Shown: one piece after another, positions 18,236 through 28,088 of the stretch | Layout of the letters: each line of letters begins with the position of its first letter | Numbering within the stretch: the first letter of the stretch is position 1 | Assembly: GCA_913009515.1 (NCBI GenBank) | Contig: CAJVYO010000001.1 | Span: 1-35,403 of the forward strand | Length of the DNA: 35,403 nt | Source of the DNA: an uncultured Methylococcaceae bacterium | Lineage (GTDB): Bacteria; Pseudomonadota; Gammaproteobacteria; Methylococcales; Methylomonadaceae | Direction: 5' to 3' | Program-made: the position numbers and the translations under genes | Notes under the pieces: model-generated | The model's database searches: none | Seen by the model: only the letters and a program-made list of their open reading frames with translations | Told to the model about the DNA's origin: nothing

Positions 18236-18499
18236 ATGGCTAATACAGCTCAAGCAAAAAAACGTGCACGTCAAGCAGAAAAGAACAGAGTTCGTAATGC
18301 TGGACAACGTAGTAATTTACGTACATTCATCAAAAAAGTTACCGCAGCTATTGAAGCCGGTGACAATGACAAAGCAAAAGAAGCATATGCAACTGCTGTG
18401 CCTATTATAGATTCAGCGGTTAGCAAAGGTATTCTACATAAGAATACAGCTGCGAGAAATAAAAGCAGACTTAATACTAGAGTCCGCGCAATGGCGTAA
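18236..18499 (+). CDS. rpsT: 30S ribosomal protein S20
   Basis: MANTAQAKKRARQ...KGILHKNTAARNKSRL. Confidence 0.98.
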   Translation: MANTAQAKKRARQAEKNRVRNAGQRSNLRTFIKKVTAAIEAGDNDKAKEAYATAVPIIDSAVSKGILHKNTAARNKSRLNTRVRAMA

Positions 18500-18530
18500 T
18501 TTATCCTCTAATTATTTAGGATAACACGCT

Positions 18531-18570
18531 AAATACCAGATAATCACTATGATTACTCTGGTATTTTTTT
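18531..18570 (+). terminator. Intrinsic terminator of rpsT
   Basis: AAATACCAGA-TAATC...GATTA-CTCTGGTATTT stem followed by a T run. A second hairpin TTATCCT...AGGATAA lies at 18501-18524. Confidence 0.75.
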
Positions 18571-18616
18571 GCCTAAAATTTAAGCCATTCCAAATGGAAG
18601 AGCCATTAAATCTACA

Positions 18617-18916
18617 TTATTTTTTAGCGGCTTTTTTCGCTTCAAAAAGTGCCATTTGTTCAGGAGTCGCTTTGAGCTGAAATTTATCTTTCCATTCGCT
18701 ATACGGCATGCCGTAAACATATTCTCTCGCCGCATCATAATCTAACACTTCACCACGTTCTTCAGCGGCTGCCATATACCATTTTGCCAAACAATTACGG
18801 CAAAAATCGGCTAAATTCATTAAATCAATATTTTGCACATCAGTATGCTGTTGAAAATGAGCGACTAAACGTCTAAACGCAGCGGCTTCAAGTTCGATTT
18901 GAGTTTGAGCATTCAT
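18617..18916 (-). CDS. DUF1244 family protein
   Basis: ELEAAAFRRL, DVQNIDLMNLA.FCRNCL and VYGMPY.EWK motifs. Confidence 0.9.
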   Translation of the reverse strand: MNAQTQIELEAAAFRRLVAHFQQHTDVQNIDLMNLADFCRNCLAKWYMAAAEERGEVLDYDAAREYVYGMPYSEWKDKFQLKATPEQMALFEAKKAAKK

Positions 18917-19049
18917 ATTAATTTTCCTATAAAAATTTGATTATTCTAGCAGAAAGCCCTGCATGCTTATGTACAAAATTTTAAAAAACCCCTACAATCA
19001 TTTCTCATAAACCTATTGATTTTTTAGCATTCATCCCCATTTTTAGTTT

Positions 19050-19595
19050 ATGAAAAAAATAATTTTTGACTTCTTTCCCATCTTACTGTTTTTTGCTGCC
19101 TATAAAACCTATGATTTATATGTTGCAACCGCTGTCGTTATTGGTGCTACGGTTCTTCAGGTACTTTATAGTGCCGTAGTGACGCGTAAAGTTGAAACCA
19201 TGCAGTGGGTCACCTTAGCACTGATGATTGTTATGGGCGGAGCAACCCTTTATTTACAAGATGAACAATTTATAAAATGGAAACTCACCATTATTGAATG
19301 GCTATTCGGTAGTGTCTTAATCGGCAGTCATTTTATTGGCAAAAAAACCATTATGGAAAAAATGATGGGAGCTAATTTAGAATTACCAGCCAAACAATGG
19401 TCTATTTTAAATTTCATGTGGGCCTCTTTCTTTTTCGCAGTAGGAGGGTTAAATATTTATGTGATGTTTAATTACGATACTGATACATGGGTTGAATTTA
19501 AAACCTTTGGCGTACCTATCTTAATGAGTGTGTTTATTATTTTCCAAATTATCTTTTTATATAAATATATGCCGGATAATGAAGTAGAAAAATAA
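19050..19595 (+). CDS. yciB: Inner membrane protein YciB (IspZ)
   Basis: DFFPILLFF, FIKWK and WVEFK.FG motifs; yciB-yciI-bolA synteny. Confidence 0.92.
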   Translation: MKKIIFDFFPILLFFAAYKTYDLYVATAVVIGATVLQVLYSAVVTRKVETMQWVTLALMIVMGGATLYLQDEQFIKWKLTIIEWLFGSVLIGSHFIGKKTIMEKMMGANLELPAKQWSILNFMWASFFFAVGGLNIYVMFNYDTDTWVEFKTFGVPILMSVFIIFQIIFLYKYMPDNEVEK

Positions 19596-19645
19596 TAACA
19601 ATTAACCCGGATTAACTCCTTACTTAACCCACTGGAAACTAAATC

Positions 19646-19948
19646 ATGCTGTACGCCATTCTTAGCGAAGACGTTGCTAATAGCTTAGAAAAAAGACAAT
19701 CTGCTCGCACCGCTCATATTCAACGTCTGCAAGACTTACAAGATGCAGGACGCTTAGTCATTGCTGGGCCTCACCCTGCGATTGATAGTAATACCCCAGC
19801 AGAAGCAGGTTTTACAGGCAGTCTCGTTATTGCTGAATTTGAAAATTTAGAAGCCGCCCAAATATGGGCGAATAATGACCCTTATTTGGAAGCCGGTGCT
19901 TATGCACAGGTTACCGTCAAGCCCTTTAAACAAGTATTCCCTAAATAA
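19646..19948 (+). CDS. yciI: YciI family protein
   Basis: [20 protein letters not shown] and DPY motifs. Confidence 0.93.
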   Translation: MLYAILSEDVANSLEKRQSARTAHIQRLQDLQDAGRLVIAGPHPAIDSNTPAEAGFTGSLVIAEFENLEAAQIWANNDPYLEAGAYAQVTVKPFKQVFPK

Positions 19949-20214
19949 TGACTATCGACTTAATTAAATCACTACTCACTGACGCTTTAACCCCTGAAAA
20001 ACTTGAACTTGCTGATAATAGCCATGCCCATGCAGGTCATGCGGGCACCCAACAAGGCGGCGGGCATTATCATGTCAATATTGTTGCCAGTATTTTTGAA
20101 GGCAAATCATTAGTACAGCGTCATCAACTTATTTATAAAGCCTTGGGCGATTTAATGAAGCATGAAATCCATGCTTTAGGTATTGATGCCCATTCCCCCT
20201 CAGAACTTCATTAA
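19948..20214 (+). CDS. bolA: BolA family protein
   Basis: HAHAGH, GGGHY, FEGKSLVQRHQ and EIHAL motifs. Confidence 0.9.
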   Translation: MTIDLIKSLLTDALTPEKLELADNSHAHAGHAGTQQGGGHYHVNIVASIFEGKSLVQRHQLIYKALGDLMKHEIHALGIDAHSPSELH

Positions 20215-20230
20215 AGAATAGGAATCCTCT

Positions 20231-22285
20231 ATGAAATTAAAAGCTATCCCTTTTTTACTTGCTGCGACTGTTTTAACAGCTTGCCAACCAACTATTAATG
20301 CATCAGCCCCTGCGATTAAAGAAGCTGATGCGGCAGTACGTGTTAATGGCGAATACATTAGCAAAGCGGCACTTGAAACACTTAAAAAAGATATTACCGC
20401 ACGTTCACGCGGTCAACAACAAGATATCCCGCAAGATAAATTGATTGATGAGCTCATTAAACGTGAATTACTGATTCAAGATGCTAAAAAGAAAAAATTA
20501 GATCAATCTGCTGAAGTGGCTGCACAATTAGTAGAAATGAAAAAAGCTTTACTGACACAAGTTGCTGTGCAAGATTATATGAAATCTCACCCTGTCAGTG
20601 ATGCTGATTTAAAAGCAGAATATGACAAGCAAATTGGCAATAAAGGCGGTGGCACTGAATTTAAAGCCCGTCATATTTTATTAAAAACTGAAGATGAAGC
20701 TAAAGCGGTAATTGCTGAACTAGATAAAGGCGGTGATTTTGCTGAATTAGCAAAAACTAAATCAACCGGCCCTTCTAAAACTCAAGGCGGTGATTTAGGT
20801 TGGTTTGCAGCAAAACAAATGGTTGCTCCTTTCTCTGAGGCCGTTGCTGCTTTGGAAAATGGTACTTATACCAAAACGGCTGTTAAAACACAGTTTGGCT
20901 GGCATGTCATTATCCGTGAAGATTCAAGACAACAAACACCACCGCCTTTTGAAGCTGTTAAAACACAATTAGAGCCAATCGCAAAAAGACAAAAATTAAC
21001 AACCTATTTAGATAGTTTAAAAAGTAAAGCTAAAATTAACTACCTATTAAAAGAGGGATCTGTTGCTCTTAAAAACAACAATATAGCTCCCACAATCGTA
21101 TCAAAAAGCATAGAAACAATCGATAATACCCCTGCGGTTATCTTAAAAAATAAAGGGCTAATTAACAAATCTTCTATTGCTGTAGTTAATAAAGAAATAA
21201 TAGATATTATACCTCCTAGTATTAAATTATTTACTCCTAAATTAGAATATGGATTAAATAAAATAAATCAATCTAAAACCAAATCAATACACTTTAATGG
21301 TCACATTACCGATAAATCAGAGATCAAAAAATTATCTATTAATGGAAAACAAATTACTTTAGATAAAGATAATTATTTTTCCTTAGATTATCAGCTAAAA
21401 AAAGGAACTAATAATATCACCTTATCTGCTATAGATATTAATAACAATAAAACACAAGAAAAAATTAAAATCTTCTTTTCAGGAACCACTACTCATTCAT
21501 TAAAAAATAAATTAAATTGGTATAAAAAACAAACTGCCTTAGTTGTTGGTATAGATTACTATAAAAATAAAAATATTCCTGAATTGATTAATGCTGTAAA
21601 TGATGCCCAAGCACTCGCAGATATTTTTAAAACAATGGGTATTAAAGTTATTTCTCTTTATAATAAAAATGCAACTAAAAAAAATATTCTTAAAGCTTTT
21701 AGGAATGTAGAAAAAACAGCAGGGATCCATGATTCCTTTATTTTTTATTTTGCAGGGCATGGTCAAGGTCTTACTATGCAAAACTATAAGAAAAAGGGAT
21801 ATATAATACCTTATGATGCTGATATTAACTTATCATCAAGTTCTATTATTGATTATGGAGAAGAAGCTATACCTTTAGACTCATTACGTGATTATAGCCA
21901 AAATTTAAAATCTAAGCATATTGCCTTATTATTAGATAGTTGTTTTTCAGGTTTAGCTATGAATCATCGTGCTATTAAAATAAAAAATTATAATCTAAAC
22001 TATTACCAAGATATTTTGACACGAAAATCAATTAATATTTTAACTGCCGGAGCAGACCAGCCTGTCAGCGACGGAACAGGACATTCACCTTTTACATCAG
22101 CAATTATTGAAGGTTTGAAAAGAAAAGCATTAGATATTAATGATAATGATGGGTTTGCTACCTTTAGTGAATTATCTCTTTATGTTAAAAATAAAGTAGA
22201 AAAAGCGACAAATCGACATCAACGACCTCAATTTGATAATTTAAGTCAAGAAGATGGGGATTATATTTTTAGTTTTTACAATTAA
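20231..22285 (+). CDS. PrsA/PpiC-type parvulin PPIase lipoprotein fused to an Ig-like domain and a peptidase C14 (caspase-like) domain
   Basis: Lipobox LTAC. Parvulin motifs ARHIL, GGDLGW and TQFGWHVI to about aa 269. Caspase motifs ALVVGIDYY, NDA, FYFAGHG (His510), LDSCFSG (Cys571), HSPFT and Q.PQ. Confidence 0.85.
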   Translation: MKLKAIPFLLAATVLTACQPTINASAPAIKEADAAVRVNGEYISKAALETLKKDITARSRGQQQDIPQDKLIDELIKRELLIQDAKKKKLDQSAEVAAQLVEMKKALLTQVAVQDYMKSHPVSDADLKAEYDKQIGNKGGGTEFKARHILLKTEDEAKAVIAELDKGGDFAELAKTKSTGPSKTQGGDLGWFAAKQMVAPFSEAVAALENGTYTKTAVKTQFGWHVIIREDSRQQTPPPFEAVKTQLEPIAKRQKLTTYLDSLKSKAKINYLLKEGSVALKNNNIAPTIVSKSIETIDNTPAVILKNKGLINKSSIAVVNKEIIDIIPPSIKLFTPKLEYGLNKINQSKTKSIHFNGHITDKSEIKKLSINGKQITLDKDNYFSLDYQLKKGTNNITLSAIDINNNKTQEKIKIFFSGTTTHSLKNKLNWYKKQTALVVGIDYYKNKNIPELINAVNDAQALADIFKTMGIKVISLYNKNATKKNILKAFRNVEKTAGIHDSFIFYFAGHGQGLTMQNYKKKGYIIPYDADINLSSSSIIDYGEEAIPLDSLRDYSQNLKSKHIALLLDSCFSGLAMNHRAIKIKNYNLNYYQDILTRKSINILTAGADQPVSDGTGHSPFTSAIIEGLKRKALDINDNDGFATFSELSLYVKNKVEKATNRHQRPQFDNLSQEDGDYIFSFYN

Positions 22286-23172
22286 ATTTTAACCTCGGTA
22301 ATTAATCTTTTCATCATCATTTCAGCTTGTTGAATATAACTAGCTCCAAATAAATTAACATGATTTAAAATGTGATATAGGTTGTACAGATTTTTACGAA
22401 TGTGATAGCCATCATCTAACGGCCATACTTCATTATAAGCAACATAAAAATCTGCACTCAAACAGCCAAATAATTCCGTCATCGCAATATCTGCTTCACG
22501 GTCACCGATATAACAAGCGGGGTCGTAGATTACAACATCGCCTTGTTCATCTGCTGCATAATTGCCACTCCACAAATCACCGTGTAATAGTGAGGGCTGT
22601 GGCTGATAATTCACAAAAAAAGCAGGCAATAATTCACATAAAATCTGTCCTTTAGCCTGTAAAGTACCTGAATAACCATTTTCTAACGCTAATTCAAGCT
22701 GGGCTATTAAGCGTTGTTGCTGCCAAAAAGTTACCCAATCTGAATACTTACCATTATATTGCTGATTAGACCCAATATAATTATCTTCATGCCAACCAAA
22801 TGAGCTTTGTGGCTGTCGATGCAAAGCAGCGAGTTGCTCACCGAATTGTCTTTGTGTGACTTTTTTTAATGAAGATAAAGATAAATATTCCAAGACTAAA
22901 AAAGCATAATGTTTTGCACATCCTACTGTAATCACATTAGGAATACGTACTGTTTTTGTCTGCTGTAAAGCGTGTAAGCCTGACACTTCTGCTTCAAACA
23001 TCGTTAATAACGATACCTTATTAAGCTTCACAAAATAACTGATGTCAGTGCCTTGGAGCTGATAGGTTTGATTAATATCACCGCCCTGAACAGCCACTAC
23101 TTTTTGTAACCGAAATGACTGCCGCGTTGTTTTTTCAATCGCTTGAACAATAATATGCCAGACAGCTTGCAT
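22282..23172 (-). CDS. Fructosamine kinase family protein
   Basis: GGDIN, FVKLN, LLHGDLWSGN, YDPA, GDREADIAM and YHILNH motifs. Confidence 0.92.
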   Translation of the reverse strand: MQAVWHIIVQAIEKTTRQSFRLQKVVAVQGGDINQTYQLQGTDISYFVKLNKVSLLTMFEAEVSGLHALQQTKTVRIPNVITVGCAKHYAFLVLEYLSLSSLKKVTQRQFGEQLAALHRQPQSSFGWHEDNYIGSNQQYNGKYSDWVTFWQQQRLIAQLELALENGYSGTLQAKGQILCELLPAFFVNYQPQPSLLHGDLWSGNYAADEQGDVVIYDPACYIGDREADIAMTELFGCLSADFYVAYNEVWPLDDGYHIRKNLYNLYHILNHVNLFGASYIQQAEMMMKRLITEVKI

Positions 23173-23186
23173 GAATTATTCCTTAT

Positions 23187-23726
23187 TTAAAATAATTCAA
23201 TATCATCATCGTCATCTTGATGCTCATGAGCTTCATATAACGCGATTGCTTCTTGAATAGACTTGCCCTGTAAAATAGCATCGAACATAATTTTTTCTGA
23301 CTCCATGCTATACCCTGAACGAATAAAATTTTGTAATTTTTGCCATTCATCTGGGTTATATAACAATTTAGGGGTTTCGATAATATCCGATAAGCCCATC
23401 AAATTATCAGTGACATGTTCTAAACATTGCTTCATTCGATCATAAAACTGAAACTCAATAATAGAAGTATGCACCCGTTCGCTAGTCATCATACAGTGCA
23501 TTTTGATGGTTTCTTTTGCTTCACTCTCTTCTAAATCATCTAAAGCATTGGTAATCGCATCTAAATGCATCGCCATACCTGTAAAAGATTCCGTTAAATT
23601 ACTTACTGAATGATCACCTTTTAAAACACTCGCCTCTACCTGAGAAGCTGAAACGGCAATTAATTTAACCGTTTCACGCACTTGGCTCCAATCTAAATCA
23701 GGATTTTTAGCACTCGATTTAAGCAT
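23187..23726 (-). CDS. Conserved hypothetical helical protein, possibly CheZ-like / chemotaxis related
   Basis: QFYDRMKQCLEHV (DxxxQ) and acidic DDDDIELF tail. Start placed at ATG 23726 because ATG 23762 abuts a terminator. Confidence 0.5.
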   Translation of the reverse strand: MLKSSAKNPDLDWSQVRETVKLIAVSASQVEASVLKGDHSVSNLTESFTGMAMHLDAITNALDDLEESEAKETIKMHCMMTSERVHTSIIEFQFYDRMKQCLEHVTDNLMGLSDIIETPKLLYNPDEWQKLQNFIRSGYSMESEKIMFDAILQGKSIQEAIALYEAHEHQDDDDDIELF

Positions 23727-23762
23727 ATAGTTTATTCTCTGTTCTAATATTATTTTACCCAT

Positions 23763-23790
23763 AAAAAAGGAGGCAATATGCCCCCTTTAT
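23763..23790 (-). terminator. Intrinsic terminator of the LPP20 operon
   Basis: Minus strand reads AAAGGGGGCA-TAT-TGCCTCCTTTTTT. Confidence 0.7.
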
Positions 23791-23808
23791 TATCATAAAA
23801 GATTATGA

Positions 23809-24417
23809 TTAATCTTCCATTGCAGCAATCCCTGCTGCCATTTCATCATGTGATTTTTGAGCTTTAAATTCTTGCCATAATGCTTTTTCATTTTTCATGC
23901 TATTTTTAACAGCGGCTTTCACTAATGCTTTGGTTTTTTGAGCATCTAAACCCACCATTACATACATACGCCCTTCTGGCCCTGTACGTGAACGGTACAT
24001 TCTTGCACCTTCTAGCATCTTACTACTAATCGTTTTAATCGTACTGCTCGCCGCCGCATCAACTGTTTGTGCATCGCCCATACCGGTGGTACCGATATAT
24101 TGCTTCACCATCTTAGCGACTTTAACTTTAAACTGCTCAGCAAGATGTCCTAATGCAGCCGCTTTTGCCATATCTTTCATATAACTTTGGCCCGCAGGTG
24201 AACGCTCTGCGATACCAACTGCTTGAATTTCTACACCTGGTAATGGCTCATCACAAACCCAGCCTGGTGCTGCAGTTTGATTAGAGAAAACACAATCAGG
24301 AACGGGTGCTGCAGCGGCAGGTGAGTAAGCAGATACACTGCCATTTTGAGTATTAGTTTGAGCACAGGCAGCTAAACTTGCTACCAATAATAAAGACGCT
24401 GGTTTCACTAAATTCAT
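23809..24417 (-). CDS. LPP20 family lipoprotein
   Basis: Lipobox LAAC; APGWVC, AVGIA, AKAAALGHLA and MYVMVGL motifs. Confidence 0.75.
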   Translation of the reverse strand: MNLVKPASLLLVASLAACAQTNTQNGSVSAYSPAAAAPVPDCVFSNQTAAPGWVCDEPLPGVEIQAVGIAERSPAGQSYMKDMAKAAALGHLAEQFKVKVAKMVKQYIGTTGMGDAQTVDAAASSTIKTISSKMLEGARMYRSRTGPEGRMYVMVGLDAQKTKALVKAAVKNSMKNEKALWQEFKAQKSHDEMAAGIAAMED

Positions 24418-24451
24418 GTTTATAATCCTTAATTTAAAATGTAAAAAATTA

Positions 24452-25660
24452 TCAAGATTGATATTTTGCTAAACGCGTTGCAACACGTTTTATATATTGT
24501 CGTGTTTCATCATGTGGTAATTGACGACGTAATGTTTTATACACATCACTCGCAGAAAATGTATTAATAGTTTTAGCCGCTTTGTTAATGTTATAAGTGC
24601 CTATAAACGTTTTTGCAACATTGCCTGCCCCCGTATTATAAGCGGCAATAGTACAAAATAACCGACTAGTCGTGTCATCAATCTTTCTTAAATAGCGATG
24701 ATATAAAATATGTAAATAAGCACCACCAATTTCAATATTCTTATCACTATTATAAAGATACGAGGGTGCTAACACTTTTTCTTTGCCAAACAAATATTTT
24801 GTGGCATCTTTACCCGCACTCACCGGTACAATTTGCATCAAACCATACGCAGGTACATGAGATTTAGCCCGCGGATTAAAGTTACTTTCTGTTTCCATCA
24901 CCGCATACATCAACGCAACCGGAATTTTTTCCTTTTTTGCAATTTGCTGAATACGCTGAGAATATTGAGCCGCTTTAGCCGATAAATTATCAGGTATTTT
25001 AAAGGTTAATTTAACTACCTTTTTTTCTTTATCCTTAAGCTCGGTTGTTTCTACTTTCGCTTTACTGACAAAATTCGCTGCTTGTTGAGTCGCTTCAGGC
25101 TCACTAATATTACCCACCAATCCTTGCATCACTTTAGTGGTGGTAGACGGTTCGCCTGTCTTTACTACCTCTTTATGCTGCTTAATTTGCTCTTCAACTT
25201 TTTGTGCCACCACATCATTATTAAACGCTTGTTTTTCAGTGGTTAATAATAATTTGCTGATATTTTCTTGTGCTTTAGCTTGTATAGTCGCTAATGAATC
25301 GCCTTTATTCGCAAGCACTTCGACGACTACAATCCCTGTTGAAAAATCCACGGATTCACGCACGTCACCATTTTTTTCGTAATTAACCCAGCTTTTTTTA
25401 TCACTGCTTTTAGAGCTACCCCACTTTTGGGTCATTTCTTGATTATACTGCTTTGAAGCCTGCTCATAGGTTTTTTGAAAATCATTAAAACCTGCTTCTA
25501 ATGCAGTTTTATAATCAGAAAATTCTTGGTTAACCGTTTTTTTATAATCGTCAAATTCAGTGTTTGCTTGTTGTTTAGCACGGTAAGCTTCAAATTCATT
25601 TTCAGCAACCGCCTGAGTAGCCACCATTACCAATAACATGGATATTACTTTTTTATTCAT
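24452..25660 (-). CDS. MltC-like lytic murein transglycosylase (DUF3393-like N-terminus plus SLT domain)
   Basis: Signal peptide; METESNFNP (catalytic Glu), GLMQ, AAYNTG and ETRQY motifs. Confidence 0.85.
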   Translation of the reverse strand: MNKKVISMLLVMVATQAVAENEFEAYRAKQQANTEFDDYKKTVNQEFSDYKTALEAGFNDFQKTYEQASKQYNQEMTQKWGSSKSSDKKSWVNYEKNGDVRESVDFSTGIVVVEVLANKGDSLATIQAKAQENISKLLLTTEKQAFNNDVVAQKVEEQIKQHKEVVKTGEPSTTTKVMQGLVGNISEPEATQQAANFVSKAKVETTELKDKEKKVVKLTFKIPDNLSAKAAQYSQRIQQIAKKEKIPVALMYAVMETESNFNPRAKSHVPAYGLMQIVPVSAGKDATKYLFGKEKVLAPSYLYNSDKNIEIGGAYLHILYHRYLRKIDDTTSRLFCTIAAYNTGAGNVAKTFIGTYNINKAAKTINTFSASDVYKTLRRQLPHDETRQYIKRVATRLAKYQS

Positions 25661-26113
25661 TTAATCCTTCTCCAAAATAACCCATAAATATTTTTTCTGT
25701 GTCACACCATCAGACCATTGATCCTTCACACTCGCTTTGATATGTTGCGATTGCCCTTTCTTCGCTGAACTAATCACCGTAAAACTAATCACTGATGAAT
25801 TATCAGCAACGCCATTTTTATTGACAGTCGTATGCTTATTCACAATGCTGTCTCGAGCAACCTCTAAACCCACGACAGACGCCGACAATCGCTCTATCGC
25901 CCTATCAAAAAGGGCTTTATCGGTATTCGCAGGAATCACATGGCGTGCTGAACTTACAACTACTCCTTCTTTGGGTAATTGATTCACCCAGCAAGGTCGG
26001 CCATTAATATCAAAAACGCGGGCATCACATTCACGCTGAGAACGAATATTATCGGTGCAAGCCGTTAATAACGACCCTATTAATAATAAAGAAACTTTAT
26101 AGAATCCTTTCAT
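25661..26113 (-). CDS. Hypothetical lipoprotein (distant LPP20-like)
   Basis: Lipobox LTAC and RPCWV motif. Abuts the transglycosylase gene. Confidence 0.6.
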   Translation of the reverse strand: MKGFYKVSLLLIGSLLTACTDNIRSQRECDARVFDINGRPCWVNQLPKEGVVVSSARHVIPANTDKALFDRAIERLSASVVGLEVARDSIVNKHTTVNKNGVADNSSVISFTVISSAKKGQSQHIKASVKDQWSDGVTQKKYLWVILEKD

Positions 26114-26173
26114 ACTTATATTTTTACCTAATTAATCATCTATATTATTAAATATACCATAAAAACTGAATAC

Positions 26174-27826
26174 TTAACGGTGTGTCGTATAGGTTAACGT
26201 TGCTTCAGTTGTCTGCATCGAGCCTTTATTTTGCTTACGCTTTAATGCTCTTGTTAAAGAAACCCCTTTTGCAGCATTGCCTTTGCTACCTTTTAAAATA
26301 AAATAATCACCATTATCATAATAACTCGGCAATTGTTTTATTTTTTTATTACTCGCAATCACTTGTAAATGTTCTACACCAAAAGGCGGAGTGACTTCAA
26401 AAGTCGCCACTTCCATATATTTATTGGCTTGATCTTGTGGAATATGACGAATAAATTTTTCATTACCTGAACCATCATTTAAATCCAATAAATACGATAA
26501 TTGTTCGCCCTGTTTAGTCACATGACCAATAATATAATAATAACCCGCTTTATTTAATCTGACTAATAAACGAATAGTCTCACGAGCCTTATAATTTAAT
26601 GAATTAGAACCTTGTAAAGTTTTAAGCTCAACTTGAAATTCATTACTCACCGCAATATTATCATTCAGCAATGCTTCAAATGATACTGCTTGAGGTTTGG
26701 CACGTAAACCTTTATACGCTGATTTTTCGACGGTGACACTCTTGGTTTTTAAGACGTTATAATCTAAATCTACCAAGTTATAACGTATAAAAATATCGCC
26801 ATCTATCAAAATATTATATTCCCCTTCTAGGGTATATTTAGCGAGTTCAGGACGCGTTACGGTTTTTAAACCTTGCCGTATATTGGTATTTAATTTTGCT
26901 GCAAATGGGGTGACTTCTTGAGAATTTTTAGGTCGCGGCGGTTGCAAATAAATGGCTTGCTCAGTAATGCCTTTGGTTAAAGTTTTTGCGGCAAAGGCTA
27001 ATGAACCGGCTTTACCTTCTAAGCGTTCTAATTCATGCTTTAATTCATCTAAATTAATATCAGGGCGAGGAGGATTTTTATAGCCGCCTAAAGCATTCGC
27101 AACCAAACGATGTTTATCATATTTTTCTGCTAAATTAACCACACTACTTAATACCCGATAACGCACCGCAGGCTTTAATTTCCTTGCTAATAAACGCTTA
27201 TTTTTATTTATTTTTTTAGCTTGTCTATCTAGCTCAGCAATATATAACGGTAACGCCTGAACATTATCTAACCATACCTGAAAGCGTATTGAACCTTGTT
27301 CATTGGCTAAACGCTGATATTGAGCCCCTAAAATCGGCAAGTTTGTATGCGTATTCACTTTCACCACACTGCCACAATCACCTGAATGATTAGTACAACT
27401 TGCCACAATTTTGGAGACGTTAATTTGAATGCTACTGGCTAAATTATTAAGTGCATCGCGACGTGCTAAATCCGTATTTTCGCCATAACCATTACCAACA
27501 ATACGTTGCGTCGCTTTTTCTTTAGACGGTGATTGAGCTGTGATACTCGCAGGTTTATTGATCGGTTCATAGGATTGAACCGCTTTTTGAGGTGCGACGG
27601 GGCGTTTCTTAAGCCCCATTTCTACATCAAGCTCATCAAACGCGGCTTTTTGTGCAGCGGCATTATGAACTTGAGAGCCTGCTTGGCTTCTTGTTAAAGT
27701 TTTAGATGCGACTCGAGATTGTAAGCTCTTGTTAGCGTCGTTTTTTATAGGCGGCGTTGCAGCACAACCACTCAACACAATGACACTCCCTATCATAAGT
27801 TTTAGTGTATTTTTAACATACTGCAT
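26174..27826 (-). CDS. Lipoprotein with an LPP20-like N-terminal domain and a DUF4384-like C-terminal domain
   Basis: Lipobox LSGC; GYG...ARRDALNNLASSI; C-terminal YKARETIRLLVRLNKAGYYYI...VTPPFGVEHLQVIAS. Confidence 0.65.
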   Translation of the reverse strand: MQYVKNTLKLMIGSVIVLSGCAATPPIKNDANKSLQSRVASKTLTRSQAGSQVHNAAAQKAAFDELDVEMGLKKRPVAPQKAVQSYEPINKPASITAQSPSKEKATQRIVGNGYGENTDLARRDALNNLASSIQINVSKIVASCTNHSGDCGSVVKVNTHTNLPILGAQYQRLANEQGSIRFQVWLDNVQALPLYIAELDRQAKKINKNKRLLARKLKPAVRYRVLSSVVNLAEKYDKHRLVANALGGYKNPPRPDINLDELKHELERLEGKAGSLAFAAKTLTKGITEQAIYLQPPRPKNSQEVTPFAAKLNTNIRQGLKTVTRPELAKYTLEGEYNILIDGDIFIRYNLVDLDYNVLKTKSVTVEKSAYKGLRAKPQAVSFEALLNDNIAVSNEFQVELKTLQGSNSLNYKARETIRLLVRLNKAGYYYIIGHVTKQGEQLSYLLDLNDGSGNEKFIRHIPQDQANKYMEVATFEVTPPFGVEHLQVIASNKKIKQLPSYYDNGDYFILKGSKGNAAKGVSLTRALKRKQNKGSMQTTEATLTYTTHR

Positions 27827-27845
27827 ACGACCGTCCTATCAACTA

Positions 27846-28088
27846 TTATTTAGATTTTTTTAGACTATTGATATAAAAACTTTCAACTTTTTCCCTTGCC
27901 CACGGCGTTTTACGCAAAAACGTCAAACTCGATTTTAGGCTAGGATTACTTTTAAAACAATTCAGCTTAAGCTCAACTGCTAGCTCATCCCAGCCATATT
28001 CATCAACAAGCTGACTAACAATATTACTCAGTGTCATGCCATGTAAAGGGTCTTTATTTTTACGCGGCTGACTAAGATACGGTGACAT
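27846..28088 (-). CDS. VF530 (DUF2132) family putative DNA-binding protein
   Basis: PLHGMTL, YGWDEL and PSLKSSLTFLRKTPWAREKVE motifs. Confidence 0.9.
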   Translation of the reverse strand: MSPYLSQPRKNKDPLHGMTLSNIVSQLVDEYGWDELAVELKLNCFKSNPSLKSSLTFLRKTPWAREKVESFYINSLKKSK

